64,000 nucleotides of DNA, taken from positions 97,447 to 161,446 of the forward strand of contig NW_001865086.1 in assembly GCF_000002865.3 (NCBI RefSeq), written 5' to 3'. Origin of the DNA: Monosiga brevicollis MX1 (Eukaryota). A program made the position numbers and the translations under genes. Below the pieces are notes generated by a model, which worked only from the letters and a program-made list of their open reading frames with translations, ran no database searches and had not been told where the DNA came from. Positions 36,373-48,468 of the stretch are shown piece after piece (position 1 is the first letter of the stretch; every line of letters begins with the position of its first letter).

Positions 36373-37959
36373 ATGAGTGCTGATGGAGAGCAGCTGTTCA
36401 GTGCGTGTTGTTCATCAGATCCACAAAAGGCGCTGCAGCTGTTGACCAGTTGGGACCAACAACGTATACGAGATGCTGCCCAATACAAAGGTGGTTGGGT
36501 ACGTATGCTGTTTGGTATGATGTTGTGTGATACTGGTTACACTTTGAATATGTCACTGGATGGGGTGACGTTATGGTATAACATGGGACATATACTGCAT
36601 GTTTGCATTTTGCCACAGATTGGCCATACACCACTGCACGGGGCCTGCATTAACGGTCATGACAAGGTGGTGGAGATGCTGTTGAAGCACGGTGTTGATA
36701 CTAAAGCCAAGGACAACGTCAGTACAGTACCTCCCTCTTCCCCCCCTTTACCCCCCCCTATGATGATGCACCCGTACCCCATGATGATGATGATGATGAT
36801 GCTGCTGTACCTGTACGTCATGCTGATGCATCATCCCACAGGGTGGCCGTACACCACTGCACGATGCCTGCGATAACGGTCATGACAAGGTGGTGGAGAT
36901 GCTGTTGCAGCACGGTGCTGATGCTAAAGCCAAGGACAACTCGGTCAGTACAGTACCTCCCTCTTCCCCCCTTTACCCCCCCTATGATGCTGCACCCGTA
37001 CCCCATGATGATGATGATGCTGATGCTGTACGTCATGCTGATGCATCATCCCACAGAATGGCTATACACCACTGCACAATGCCTGCTATCACGGTCATGT
37101 CAAGGTGGTGGAGATGCTGTTGAAGCACGGTGCTGATACTGAAGCCAAGACCAACGTCAGTACAGCACCTCCCTCTTCCCCCCTTTACCCCCCTCTATGA
37201 TGGTGCACCCGTACCCCATGATGATGATGATGCTGTACCTGTACGTCATGCTGATGCATCATCCCACAGGGTGGCCAAACACCACTGCACTATGCCTGCG
37301 ATAACGGTCATGACAAGGTGGTGGAGATGCTGTTGAAGCACGGTGTTGATACTGAAGCCAAGGACAACGTCAGTACAGTACCTCCCTCTTTCCCCCCTTT
37401 ACCCCCCCTATGATTTTGCACCTGTACCTCATGATGATGATGCTGATGCTGTACCTGTACGTCATGCTGATGCATCATCCCACAGGGTGGCTATACACCA
37501 CTGCACGGGGCCTGCATTAAGGGTCAAGTCAAGGTGGTGAAGATGCTGTTGAAGCACGGTGTTGATACTGAAGCCAAGGACAACGTCAGTACAGTACCTC
37601 CCTCTTCCCCCCTTTACCCCTCTGACTGCTGCTCCTGCTCCCGCTGCCCCGTCGCCTTTGCCCCCGTCCCTCCTCTCCGCTACACCCTGCCCACCCGTGC
37701 GCGTCCGTTCTTCCCCCCTGACTCCTTGTCTTCTTTCCCGCTGTCCCTCTTCTTTCCCTTTTTTTCTTCCGCGCTTTGCCGGTGCTCCCCGCGCCCCGCC
37801 CTGCTCCCGCTGGTGTCTTCCGCCTGCCGTTTTCGCTCTCCCCTTTTTCTGATCCATCCCCAGCCCCTTGCCATCACGCTTCTGCCTCCCTCGCACGCTC
37901 AAGCGACTTTCGGTGGCCGTGCCTTCACGTTTGCATCCAACACACGCGCCGTTTCTTTC

Positions 37960-37993
<34 letters not shown>

Positions 37994-40900
37994 CTTCTCT
38001 CCAAGCGCGCCTCCGTTCGGACCCCTGTTACCTGCCCGCACCATTTGCACACCACTCGCGCGTCTGGCGGCTCCGGCCCACTTCAAAGCATTGTCACCTC
38101 GCCTTTGTTATGTAAAAGCAAATGCGCGTCGCTGCCCACCTCACACGCTCAAATCACATGTTCTCAGGGTGGCGAAACGCCCCTCGATTACGGACGTCTA
38201 TGCGGGCATGGCGACAAGCTGGAGCCCGTGTTTGCTGCTCACGAGGCTCGCCTATCACAACCACCCGCACCACTCGCTCCGCCCACGCCGGCACCGCCTT
38301 CCGCCTGGCTACCGCCTCTGCCCACCACCCCCACCCTCGAGGTGAGCCTGCTCCCCCATCTTGTTTCCCCCAATGCATTTACTACCCCAATTCCCACGGC
38401 CTCATCCAACCTAATCACGACCAATGGCACCACAACCCTCCATTAGACCACGGCCTCTGTTGTGGTGGCGGTGGACAAGTGGCTCAAGCCGCTCTTGCCC
38501 ACGCGCACCACCAGCCATACTCTCCCCCACCTCGATGCCTTTATCAGAGGTGCCGCCAAACAAAACCCCAATCTTGCAACGGCGGTTGCGGACATCCAGA
38601 TGACCATCGATGAAGCGCCACCAGAGTTTCCCGTCATGGATTGGGCTGCCTTCCAGACGACTACCACCCAGGCTCTCAACACACTCGACCAGGCACTGGC
38701 AGCGCCCGAAGCGTTAAGCAACCGCTTGAAGCAATTGGACCCCAACACTGACAACCTAGAATCAGTGCTGCAAGAGCTGCACGGTGTCACTGCTGGTTTT
38801 GAGCTGCAGCCGGTGCTTCTCGAGCTTCAGGACGTGCTGGCAGCGTGCCCCGCTCCACCCACCACGCCAGTGATCGCGCCCAAGAAGCCACCCACCGACC
38901 TAGCTTCGGCCCTGAGAAAAGTCATCGTTCTGAGCGGCGTGGAACCCAAGCGTCAGGAGCTGCTCACCAGCGCCAACAGCAACCTCAAGCGCCTCGTGCT
39001 GGCCTTGATTGATGCCCTGGGCGCCGTGGCAAGAGCGGGAACTACCGACACAATTCATCGCGTGGAGACGCTACGGCAGTGCGCGCAATGCGTGGATGCA
39101 AGTGCACCACCTCCAGCCGAGGCATTGCCCGGGGCCTGGGAGGAGCTGTGCCAAGCGCACGAGAAGCTGAGCCTGCTCGAGCAGAACGGTCTTGAGCAAA
39201 TTGCTCAGTGGCAACCACCTCCAGACTACGAGCATCAGGATTGGTACTTGGCGTTTGTGCACCACGAGTCGCAAGCTCTGCTGCAGCAGTTGCAAGACAT
39301 GATCGACTGGCAGGCCACGACGCTCTCCGTGTTGACCTCGTGCATGAGTCACGTGGACAGCTTGACCCAAGGCGTTGATGATGAATTGGTTGCTGCCAAC
39401 GAGGAACTGACCAAGGTGGAGAATGAGATGCAAGGTATCAGCGCGGCATTGCAGCTGGTGCCCGAAGCTGTTCGGTCTGGTCTCGAGCAGGAACTCAAAA
39501 AGCTAGAAACGCGACGCGACACCTTGCGACAACAGTTATCAGATCAGCCACACGTGGACCACGTCGCAGAGCTCGCCCAGCTGCTGTACCAACACTTTCC
39601 AGCGCTGCTGGTCTTTCTGCACCCTGAACAAAGCACGCTGGGAGCGCGCCTCCGCACAGTGCTTGGGCCCGACCTTCCAGCCAGTCTTATCTTGGAGGCC
39701 ATGACCGAAGTGGATCGCACATTGTCGCTCTCCAGCCTGGGCCAGCTTGATCTTCATTACAACCAAAACCACAAGGTGTACAAGGCCCGTGCCGCGCTGA
39801 AAGATTCTGGGGAACAAGATTTGGCCGTCAAGGAGTATGCATTTGCTCGGCAACACAAGCAGGATCAGTGCCGTACATTCTTGCGCGAGCTTCGCGCCAT
39901 GCGCCAGCTTCAGCACCCACACATCATCCCGGTCCTCGGCGCGCTCGTGGACGTACACAGTGGCCACCCGAGCGCCTACCTGGTGCAGCCATGGTGTGCA
40001 CAGGGTGATTTGCAGCAGTGGCTCAGCAAGGCACGGCACCTGGCCACCTCGACCGTGATTTCGAATCTGATGAATCAGCTGCGCACGGCGCTGGCGTTTA
40101 TGCATAGCAAGGGCTTGGTGCATCGGGATGTCAAGCTGAGCAACATCATGTTGGACGGTGCAGAGGACCAACCTGTTGTGCGGCTGGGCGATTTTGACAT
40201 TGCCAAGGCCGCCGCTGAAGCCACCATGCTACCATCTACGGCCACCGCATCGTCGGGCACGGCGGGCTATGTGGCACCGGAGGTGCTATTTGGAATGGGT
40301 CGTGTGGGAGCACGCCCGGCACAGGATGCCTTTTCCTTTGGCTGCGTTCTCTACAACACGTACATGTATCCACAAACGGTGCCACCTGCTCAATCGCGAA
40401 CCGATGAGGTTGTGGGTCATTGCAGATGGAATTTCCAAGCGGGAGATGGTGCCTTTAGCTTTCCTCATTTGGCGGCCGAGGTCAGTCAATTATTATTTTT
40501 TTCTCTATGATTTTAAGACGCTCTGGTTGTCGTCGTCGTCGTCGTTGTTGTTGTAGTTGCTCATACCTGTGTTTCTGTGCAGATGTGCGACATAGTGGGC
40601 GATCTGTACAAGGAAACGCGAGCCTTGCTGGCAGCAGATCCAAAGCAACGGCCAAGCCTTTTCAGCGCCGGGCAAATCGCAGAACGACCTGTCACGACCC
40701 AAGTTGTTGGGCCAGCCATTGATGTCTTGCGCGATGCGCCCGAGCTCATTTCAGAGGTGCGTTGCTTGTGATTTTTTTTTCTCTCTTCCACGAATCGTCT
40801 GATTTGAACCTACTGGGTGGCTAGGTGGGTGAGCTACTGAAGCAGCTGAACACCGATGGGCGGGGACCAGCGAATATCACAGTGCAACGAGTGGAGCGCG

Positions 40901-41651
40901 TGCACAACCCCGTGCTGTGGGAGCGCTACAGCGTCAAGCGACGCGAAATGTTGCATTGCATCAAAAGTCAGGAGCACTATGATCAACTCCAAACGTCCAC
41001 ATTAAATGCACCCTCGGGCTCTCCAGCTTTGTTTCGAGATACACCCTGTCAAGAGCGCTTGTTGCTTCACGGCATCGCCCCTGACACAATGTTGCGCGAC
41101 AAGATTGTGCGCCTGGGCTTTGACTATCGTTTCGCCGGTCGCCGCAGGGGCCACAAGTATGGTCTTGGCGTTTACTTGGCCGACCATCCTAGAAAGGTGT
41201 GGTCGAATTGTTGGTTTGCAGGGTTCTACGTGTGTGTCCTCACATTGCTTTTTTGGCGCTGTGTGTCTACTTGAACCTGGGTGTAGAGTCACCATTATGC
41301 GACGCCCGGAGCAAACGGCGAGCGGATGCTCATTATTACGCGAGCCCTGTTGGGCCGTGCCTATGTCCATCCTTCGCCTCGTTCTCGGGCACTGGCTCCT
41401 CCACTGCTGCCCGCTGCACCCAACAACGAGCGGTTCGTCGAACAAAATTTTCTGATTCTGGCATGCTGCCCGACGTCTCCTGCCCGCCTTCTGCCCGTCT
41501 TCTGACCTAGCCTGACCTAACCGCCACGTCTGCCTTTTCTTTTAGATATGATTCGGTCATCGCGACGCCGCTCAATGCGTTTCGCGAGGTGATTATCTTT
41601 GAGAATGCTCAAATCTATCCTGAGCTGGTGGTGTACTACACGGCCGATTAG
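36373..41651 (+). CDS. Ankyrin repeat - helical/coiled-coil - protein kinase - PARP-type ADP-ribosyltransferase fusion, copy B (about 1209 aa, 12 exons)
   Basis: Exons 36373-36498, 36619-36717, 36842-36943, 37057-37155, 37270-37368, 37486-37584, 38168-38341, 38447-40480, 40583-40756, 40825-41196, 41287-41432, 41546-41651. Same motifs as copy A ([51 protein letters not shown]). Confidence 0.9.
36619..37584 (+). repeat. Tandem exon+intron array: five ankyrin exons (99, 102, 99, 99, 99 nt)
   Basis: Each exon is flanked by CCACAG and GTCAGTACAG; introns of 124/113/114/117 nt differ mainly in C-run and (GAT)n length. Confidence 0.95.
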
Positions 41652-42445
41652 GACGCTCGTGCTGTGTGTTTGTGTGCTTGTGTGCTTGTGTGTTTGTGTG
41701 TTTGTGTGCTGCATGCTGTCGGCTTGTCCGTTTGTTGCTTTGCCACATGCCCACGCAAGGGAAGGGGCCATTGATGAATTGACCTCCGGACGGATCCCAA
41801 TGTCTGGGTGGGGCATCTAGATCATGACACAGGGCAGGGCTGCCCTGTTTCAACGCTTGCTGTGGCGTGCTTCAATGGTCTGTTTTGGACTCGACACAAG
41901 GCCAACCGGGGTTGTGACTTGGTCCGATCAGATTTGATCTGGCTTCCATGGCCTTGCCATCCCTTTCCTGCAAAGTCTCTTGCATGTTCCTCTCTTGGCG
42001 TCGCCCGTCCAATAGCCATTTCCTCTCTTTGATGAAGCGGTAACTCACGGGCTCACACGCACCGGAAAGTGGACAAGTTGGAAGCGGACACATAGCGGAC
42101 AAGCGACGACCGGTGGTTGTTAGCGACAACCACCTGCCAGGCGACTTGCTCTCGCCCTTGACCGCAACCCATCACACGAAGAGACACACACGCACAGCTG
42201 TTGACATACCCGTGTCCTCAAATCGTTTCGGCTGCGCGCGCGTCGCTACCACCCGCCACCTGAGGGGTGTTCGTGATCACCCCTGTGTGTGTGTGTGTGT
42301 GCTCCTGTCGCTGCCAAGAAAGGAGAAGGCTACGACATGTACCTGATCTTCAGCAGGTCTTGGAAGAAGTTGTTTCTCGTGTACAGCCGCCGATTAGGAG
42401 TTGGAGCCCTCAGCCCACGCACTTGAGACGCACGCAGCGTCGGTA

Positions 42446-42487
<42 letters not shown>

Positions 42488-43817
42488 CGAGCTGGCTGTC
42501 CATGCGCTGCCTCTGCTGGTATCACGATGGCCTGCTGTCCGTTGTCCCTCTGCTCGGTTGTGACACCGGTTGGACATGACATGAACGACCCGTGGCAACC
42601 CAGGGTCCCCTGCAGTCAGTCATCCCATGTCCCACTCGATACCAATGCTCGTCCCCACAGCCCTCACCCCCCGGCTTTGGTCTCTCTCGATTCCGTTTTC
42701 CTTGCTCATGGGCACTCCCCAATCGCCCATGGATCAGCCACACACACACACACACACACACGCACACACACACGCACGCACGCACACACACACGCTGGCC
42801 CACTGTCCGCTGAGCGTGGCTAAGTGGAGGCTGGGTGTCACTTGAGTCGCGCGTCATCATCACCTGTGTTGGTCCATCGGTCATGCGCGTTCTCTCAGCC
42901 TCACTGCTCTGGCCCCAATGCACGTCGACCACTTCAAGTCAACACGTCGGCCCCTGGTTCGATGACCGCTGCCTTGCACGTTGTCCTTTGCGCCGGTGGG
43001 CGACCAACAGTCAACCTCAGTCACCTCCATCACCCCGCACCTTGCTTTCGGTTCACTCACGATGCACTCTCCTTCCACCCCCGCCTCCCCCCCTCTCTTC
43101 CTCTGCCAGTTGGCCCTCACTACCCTTTATCATGGTCCCTGCTCATGATCCTTCAGGTGGTCCCGGCCGTTACACAAGGCCATCTCACTCTCAAGAAGAC
43201 GAGGCCGCCGTGTGCTTTCTGCTTCCGTCACACATGATGCGCTGCCCAGCGGGGTTGCCCCTGCAAGCATCCAGGCTGCCAGCCACCCATCCTCTTGACC
43301 ATTCCCCTTATCCAGCTAGCCACTCGTCCACTCGTCCACCCGTTCACGCGCGAGGCCAGGCCGACTCGCCGTCGCCTTGCCCATCATCCACAGGCCCCAC
43401 CTTTCTCCCGCTTTTGCCCTCCGACCCTGCATGGCCAGTCTTCATCACGCCACCGTGACAGTTGACCATTGCATTGCCCTCCGTGATCCAGACGTGTCGC
43501 ATCGAAAACCGTCACCTCTTCCCCACGCTCCCAATTGCCATTCGTGACACGCAGGCATACACATACACACACACACGCACACTCGCGCACACATCTGGGA
43601 TCTCGCCGTCGCTCTCACCGCCATTTTTCTCAGTCCTTCGCCGGCCACCACCGGACTTGTTTCCCCACCTCTTCTCCACCGCCGCCGCCCACATCTTCTT
43701 CCGCTGGCCCCTTGCCGGCTTGCTCGCCTCGTCTTTACACCCAGCTGGGTCTCAGTGGATGTCCCATCCGCCACTTTCCCCGTTCATATTTATCAACGGC
43801 CACCAATTGCCGTCAAC

Positions 43818-46800
43818 ATGCTGCTGCGCCTAGTTTTAACCCTGGCCGTGGCCACCACGGCCGTGCACGCTGTACGTGGATGGGGGACCAAATTATCTGC
43901 AATGTCTTGCAAACCCGGGCTCGAGAAAAATCGGACCGCTCTCACGATCATCGCCCCGCTCACCTGGCTGCTCTGGTCCATGATGTAGTTTTGCGGCAAC
44001 GGCGTCATTGGCAATGGCGAGACCTGTGTACGTCCAACCGCGCTCGAGATTGAGACCTTGCCCAGTCACTGCAAAACGACCAAACTCACACGAACCGATC
44101 CGGCTCCTCCGTGTTGATAGGATGATGGCAATCGCTTCAACGGCGATGGCTGCTCCGGCGCTTGCATGATTGAGGATCGATTCACTTGCGTGGGTGGCCA
44201 AGAGGAAGGATCACCATCGGTTTGCCTGCCTGATGTGCCCGACTACTGCACCCCCCGGTACGCCGCACACTCGGCTTGTCCAGACTTGTGAAATTCAGCC
44301 GGCACAGCCTCTTGCACTGCCCGCCGGCCTCCTCATCCCTTGCCCATTTTGATTCACCAGGAACCCTTTTACCACGACCACCCGTGGGCGCCCCGCTACG
44401 ACCACAACATCCACGCGTCGCCCCATGACGACCACCGCATCCTCCTGCCCTCCCTTTGATCCTTGCAACTGCAAGCCCAATGCCGAGGCTGAAAACTACT
44501 ATGATCGTGACGGCTGCCTTCAGTGCCGTTGCGTTGCCACGGGCCCGGTCGAAACCACCACCACACGTCGTCCGGCTACCACCACCACCACTACGACGCG
44601 CCGCCCAACTACCACCACCACTACGACGCGCCGCCCAACTACCACCACCACCACGCGCCGCCCAACTACCACTACTACCACCACGCGCCGCCCAACGACG
44701 ACAACTACTACTCAGGCGCCATGCCCAACATACGATCCCTGCAATTGCAAGCCCAATGCCGAGGCTGAAAATTACTATGATCGTGATGGCTGCCTCCAAT
44801 GCCGCTGCGTTGCCACGGGCCCCATCGAAACCACCACCACCACCACTCGTCGGCCGGCCACCACCACCACAACCACCACCACCCACGCTCCTACCACCAC
44901 CACTACCACCACACGCCGTGCCCCGACGACGACGACGACCACCACACAGGCCGCACCGGAGACAACGACGACCACCACACGCCGCCCAGTCACAACCACG
45001 CGTCGCGACGACGACAATGATCACAACGGAGATGATGACGACAATGATGACAACGACGCTCAATGCAAGAGCAACCCGCTTGATTACTGCGAGTAAGCTG
45101 CACTTGAATCTCACCCCGTAGTCACACTCTGTGTACCTCATGCCCTGAGGCGTAGTTCTAATGGCTTACAGCAAGGGTTTGACTCACTTTGATTCGATTT
45201 TTTCCATAGCTGCGACTCGACTGAAATTCCCGTCTTGAAGATCAACAACAAGGGCTGCTTGGCTTGCAAGTGCGAAAGCCTGAACGGCGAAGAAGAAGAC
45301 GACGACGAGTCTTCCAACTGCAAGCCAAACCGCTGGGATTACTGCGAGTAAGTCTTCATTGGGCCGTCGACCTGTGCGTCCAATCACGACCTCGCTCACT
45401 TCCTCTGCTTGTTTTGGACTGTGACTCCACAGCTGTGCCTTTGGTGAGGTGGCCGTGCCCAAGATTAACAACAAGGGTTGCGAAGCCTGCAAGTGAGTGA
45501 TGGCTTTCCTCGTGTCTGACAGAAATGTGACTGGACGGCTTGCACCCACGCACACATGCACACTGCCCTTGACATAATTTTTGCTCTGCGCTCACAATTG
45601 TGTTGCTTTTTCACCATCAAGGTGTATCACGACCGAGGAATATGAGGAGCAGCGAAATCGCCGCTCGGTCATGGAGCATCCCGATGCTGATAAGTTTGAC
45701 GTGTGCAAGTACGTTTGAAATCTGGCACACCCCTTTGCCATACGAATTTCGTTTCGAGAGCTCATGCTGATACTGACCCGTGATGCAGCTGCAAGGAAGA
45801 TGCCGTGAGTGTATGGGAATTCACCAACGATGGCTGCGCCACTTGCTCGTGCAAGCACCCCGCACTTTGCTCGGACAGGATCGAGCTTGCAACAGGCGAC
45901 GACTGCTCGGTACGCCCCTGCTTTGGCCACAAGCAAGCATGGCGGGCCATTGCCACCTTGCTGTAGCCAAACACAAGCAAGAGCTCGCAGCCTTCCACTA
46001 ACATTGTGCCTGCTGCTCGCACCTATTGTGATACAGTGTGGTACCAGGGATTGCTTTGAATGTGAATACCGCTTTGGCGAGCCCGGGGCTTGTCAGGTCT
46101 GCCGCCGCGGCACAAAGCTGCTTGATGGCGAATGCTTGGACGAGTGCCCCGATGGCTTTGAGGTGGCAGGATCGGGTAAACGTCATTTGCAATGCGTGCT
46201 AGCACCCCCAGCGCCTACTGGTACTTCTACCTCGACCTCGACCTCGACCTCGACCTCGACCTCGTCGTCGTCCTCGTCGTCGTCCTCGTCGTCAACCTCT
46301 TCTTCCTCCTCCTCGTCATCTCNNNNNNNNNNNNNNNNNNNNNNNNNNNNNNNNNNNNNNNNNNNNNNNNNNNNNNNNNNNNNNNNNNNNNNNNNNNNNN
46401 NNNNNNNNNNNNNNNNNNNNNTGACCTCCACCTCGACCTCGACCTCCACCTCGACCTCGACCTCGACCTCCACCTCGACCTCGACCTCGACCTCCACCTC
46501 CACCTCGACCTCCACCTCCACCTCCACCTCCACCTCGACTTCCACCTCCACCTCCACCTCGACTTCCACTTCCACTTCCACTTCGACCTCGACCTCGACC
46601 TCGACCTCGACCTCAACTTCCACTTCCACCTCGACTTCCACCTCGACTTCCACCTCGACTTCCACCTCGACTTCCACCTCGACTTCCACTTCCACTTCCA
46701 CCTCGACCTCGACTTCGTCAGAAAATCCCGATGCCAATCCTGGCGGGCCTGGTGGCAACCCAACGCTATTCCCTCCTACGGACGAGCCCACGGATGAGCC

Positions 46801-48032
46801 CACGGATGAGCCCACGGATGAGCCCACTACGGAGGAAGAGACGCGCCCTCGAACCACTACCAGGGTCACGCGCGCGCCAACGACAACACAGCGTCCCGTT
46901 GTGACTACTACGAGCGCCGCCACTCGCCCGATGACGACGGGACGTCCCGACGGTCCCACGGCCGAGGCCCCTACCGATGAGCCCACGACGGAGGAGCCAG
47001 ATACTCGTGCGACCACTCGTGTAACGGCTCAGCCCACGCGCCCCGCCACCACTCGCCGCCCCGACGGACCAACCGATGAGCCCACGACGGAGGAGCCAGA
47101 GACCCGCGAGACCACTCGTGCCACACGCCCTGCCACCACTCGCCGCCCTGATGGGCCAACCAACGAGCCACCTACGGACGAGCCAACCATGGAGCCAACG
47201 GAGGAGGCTACGGACGAGCCGACCATGGAGCCAACAGAAGAGGCCACGGGTGAGCCGACCATGGAGCCAACAGAAGAGGCCACGGGTGAGCCGACCATGG
47301 AGCCGACGGGAGAGGCCACCGCCGAACCCACCAACGAGACTGAATGTGCCTTCTTCCAACCTTGCGACTGTGCCGATACCGAGACCGAGTTTTTGTCCGA
47401 GGATGCCGATGGCTGTCTGACTTGTGCCTGCCGCAACGCCAGCTGCCCACCCGTCGAGCCATGCAGGTTTGTTCTTCAGTGTCGTCTTCTTATTCATGAC
47501 GCCTCCCGTGCTTTTGAGCCAATTGTAGTTGCCACATGGCGCGCTGCCTCGTGTGTTCTGACCTCATGAAACGCTTGTTATCTGCCCGTGTGTGCTGTAG
47601 CTGTGGCGTTGATACATTCCCCGTCACTACCCAGGATGAGTTTGGGTGCGAGACGTGCTCATGCGTCAACCTGACGGGTGCTGAGATGGCGGGTGAGAGT
47701 GCCCTTGAAGAGGATGACTCGAGCAACGGATCGGACAATGGCACGGGCATTATCGTTGCGATTGTTGGCGGTGTTGCCCTGGTTGTACTAGCCGTTGTGG
47801 CCGTGGTCGTGGCTCGGTACGTCTTGTTGCTCGGCTCGCGCAGGGTGGGGTGTCATGGCTTCAGACTCACGCTTGCATGGGAATGCTTAGGTCGCGTTCT
47901 CAAGCCAAGCGCGCCTCTTCGTTTGAAGCCCAGAACCTGGAGTTTGATGAGCTTCAATCGGGGGACGCCGTCGTGCCCATTGCACCTGCAGCAGCTGGTT
48001 CGGAGGGCCTTGAATACGACGAGAACATCTAA
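43818..48032 (+). CDS. Type I mucin-like cell-surface protein with Cys-rich modules
   Basis: Signal peptide MLLRLVLTLAVATTAVHA; FCGNG...ETC|DDGN...GDGCS..C (Myxococcus-type Cys repeat/DUF4215-like); several antistasin-like D..GC..C.C modules; a furin-like Cys module; Thr-rich and (ST)n stalks; TM GIIVAIVGGVALVVLAVVAVVVA; short tail ending GLEYDENI. Spans an N gap. Confidence 0.8.
46222..46720 (+). repeat. Coding (ACCTCG/ACTTCC)n hexamer repeat encoding poly(Thr-Ser)
   Basis: Read directly; synonymous variation among units; gap 46323-46421. Confidence 0.9.
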
Positions 48033-48468
48033 GTTGAGACCCACCAAATTCAGCCCCAGTGGCATACTCACATCATGAGAAGCCGCTATTCATGTCATGT
48101 TCGCTGCGCCCGCGCCGTTCTTTTGCTTCTCGAACGGCGGCGCTGGAGCGCGCGATCATTGTTTTCTGTGCATGTCTCTGTTCCATGTTTGTCCGGAATG
48201 TGAGCGTGCTTTGTTCGAGTGAGTGAGTGAGCGTGCGGCATGACCAGATGGGTATGCACACGCCTGCGTGCTGAGCGCCCCGGTTCGTACTTTTGTGTGT
48301 GTGTTTTTTTGTCATTTGTTCGTTTGTGTTGTGCATGAGCTGTAGCATGCCATTTTGCGTGAGCCTGCAATTGAATTGCAAAGAATACCAGAGAATAGCA
48401 ATTGCACAACTCTTGGTGGGGACGACCTTTTGCGCCGCTATGAACAATGGGCTGGTGACATGCGCGGC

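Noticed and set aside
36619..37584. DGR-like adenine mutagenesis, since many variable ankyrin codons are NNT
   Set aside because: No reverse transcriptase or template repeat in the window, framework adenines are invariant and some variants (GGG, TGG, AAG) do not fit; selection on codon positions 1-2 is simpler.
36373..41651. Calling the gene tankyrase
   Set aside because: Only about 7 ankyrin units including caps, no SAM domain, and an intervening helical domain and kinase.
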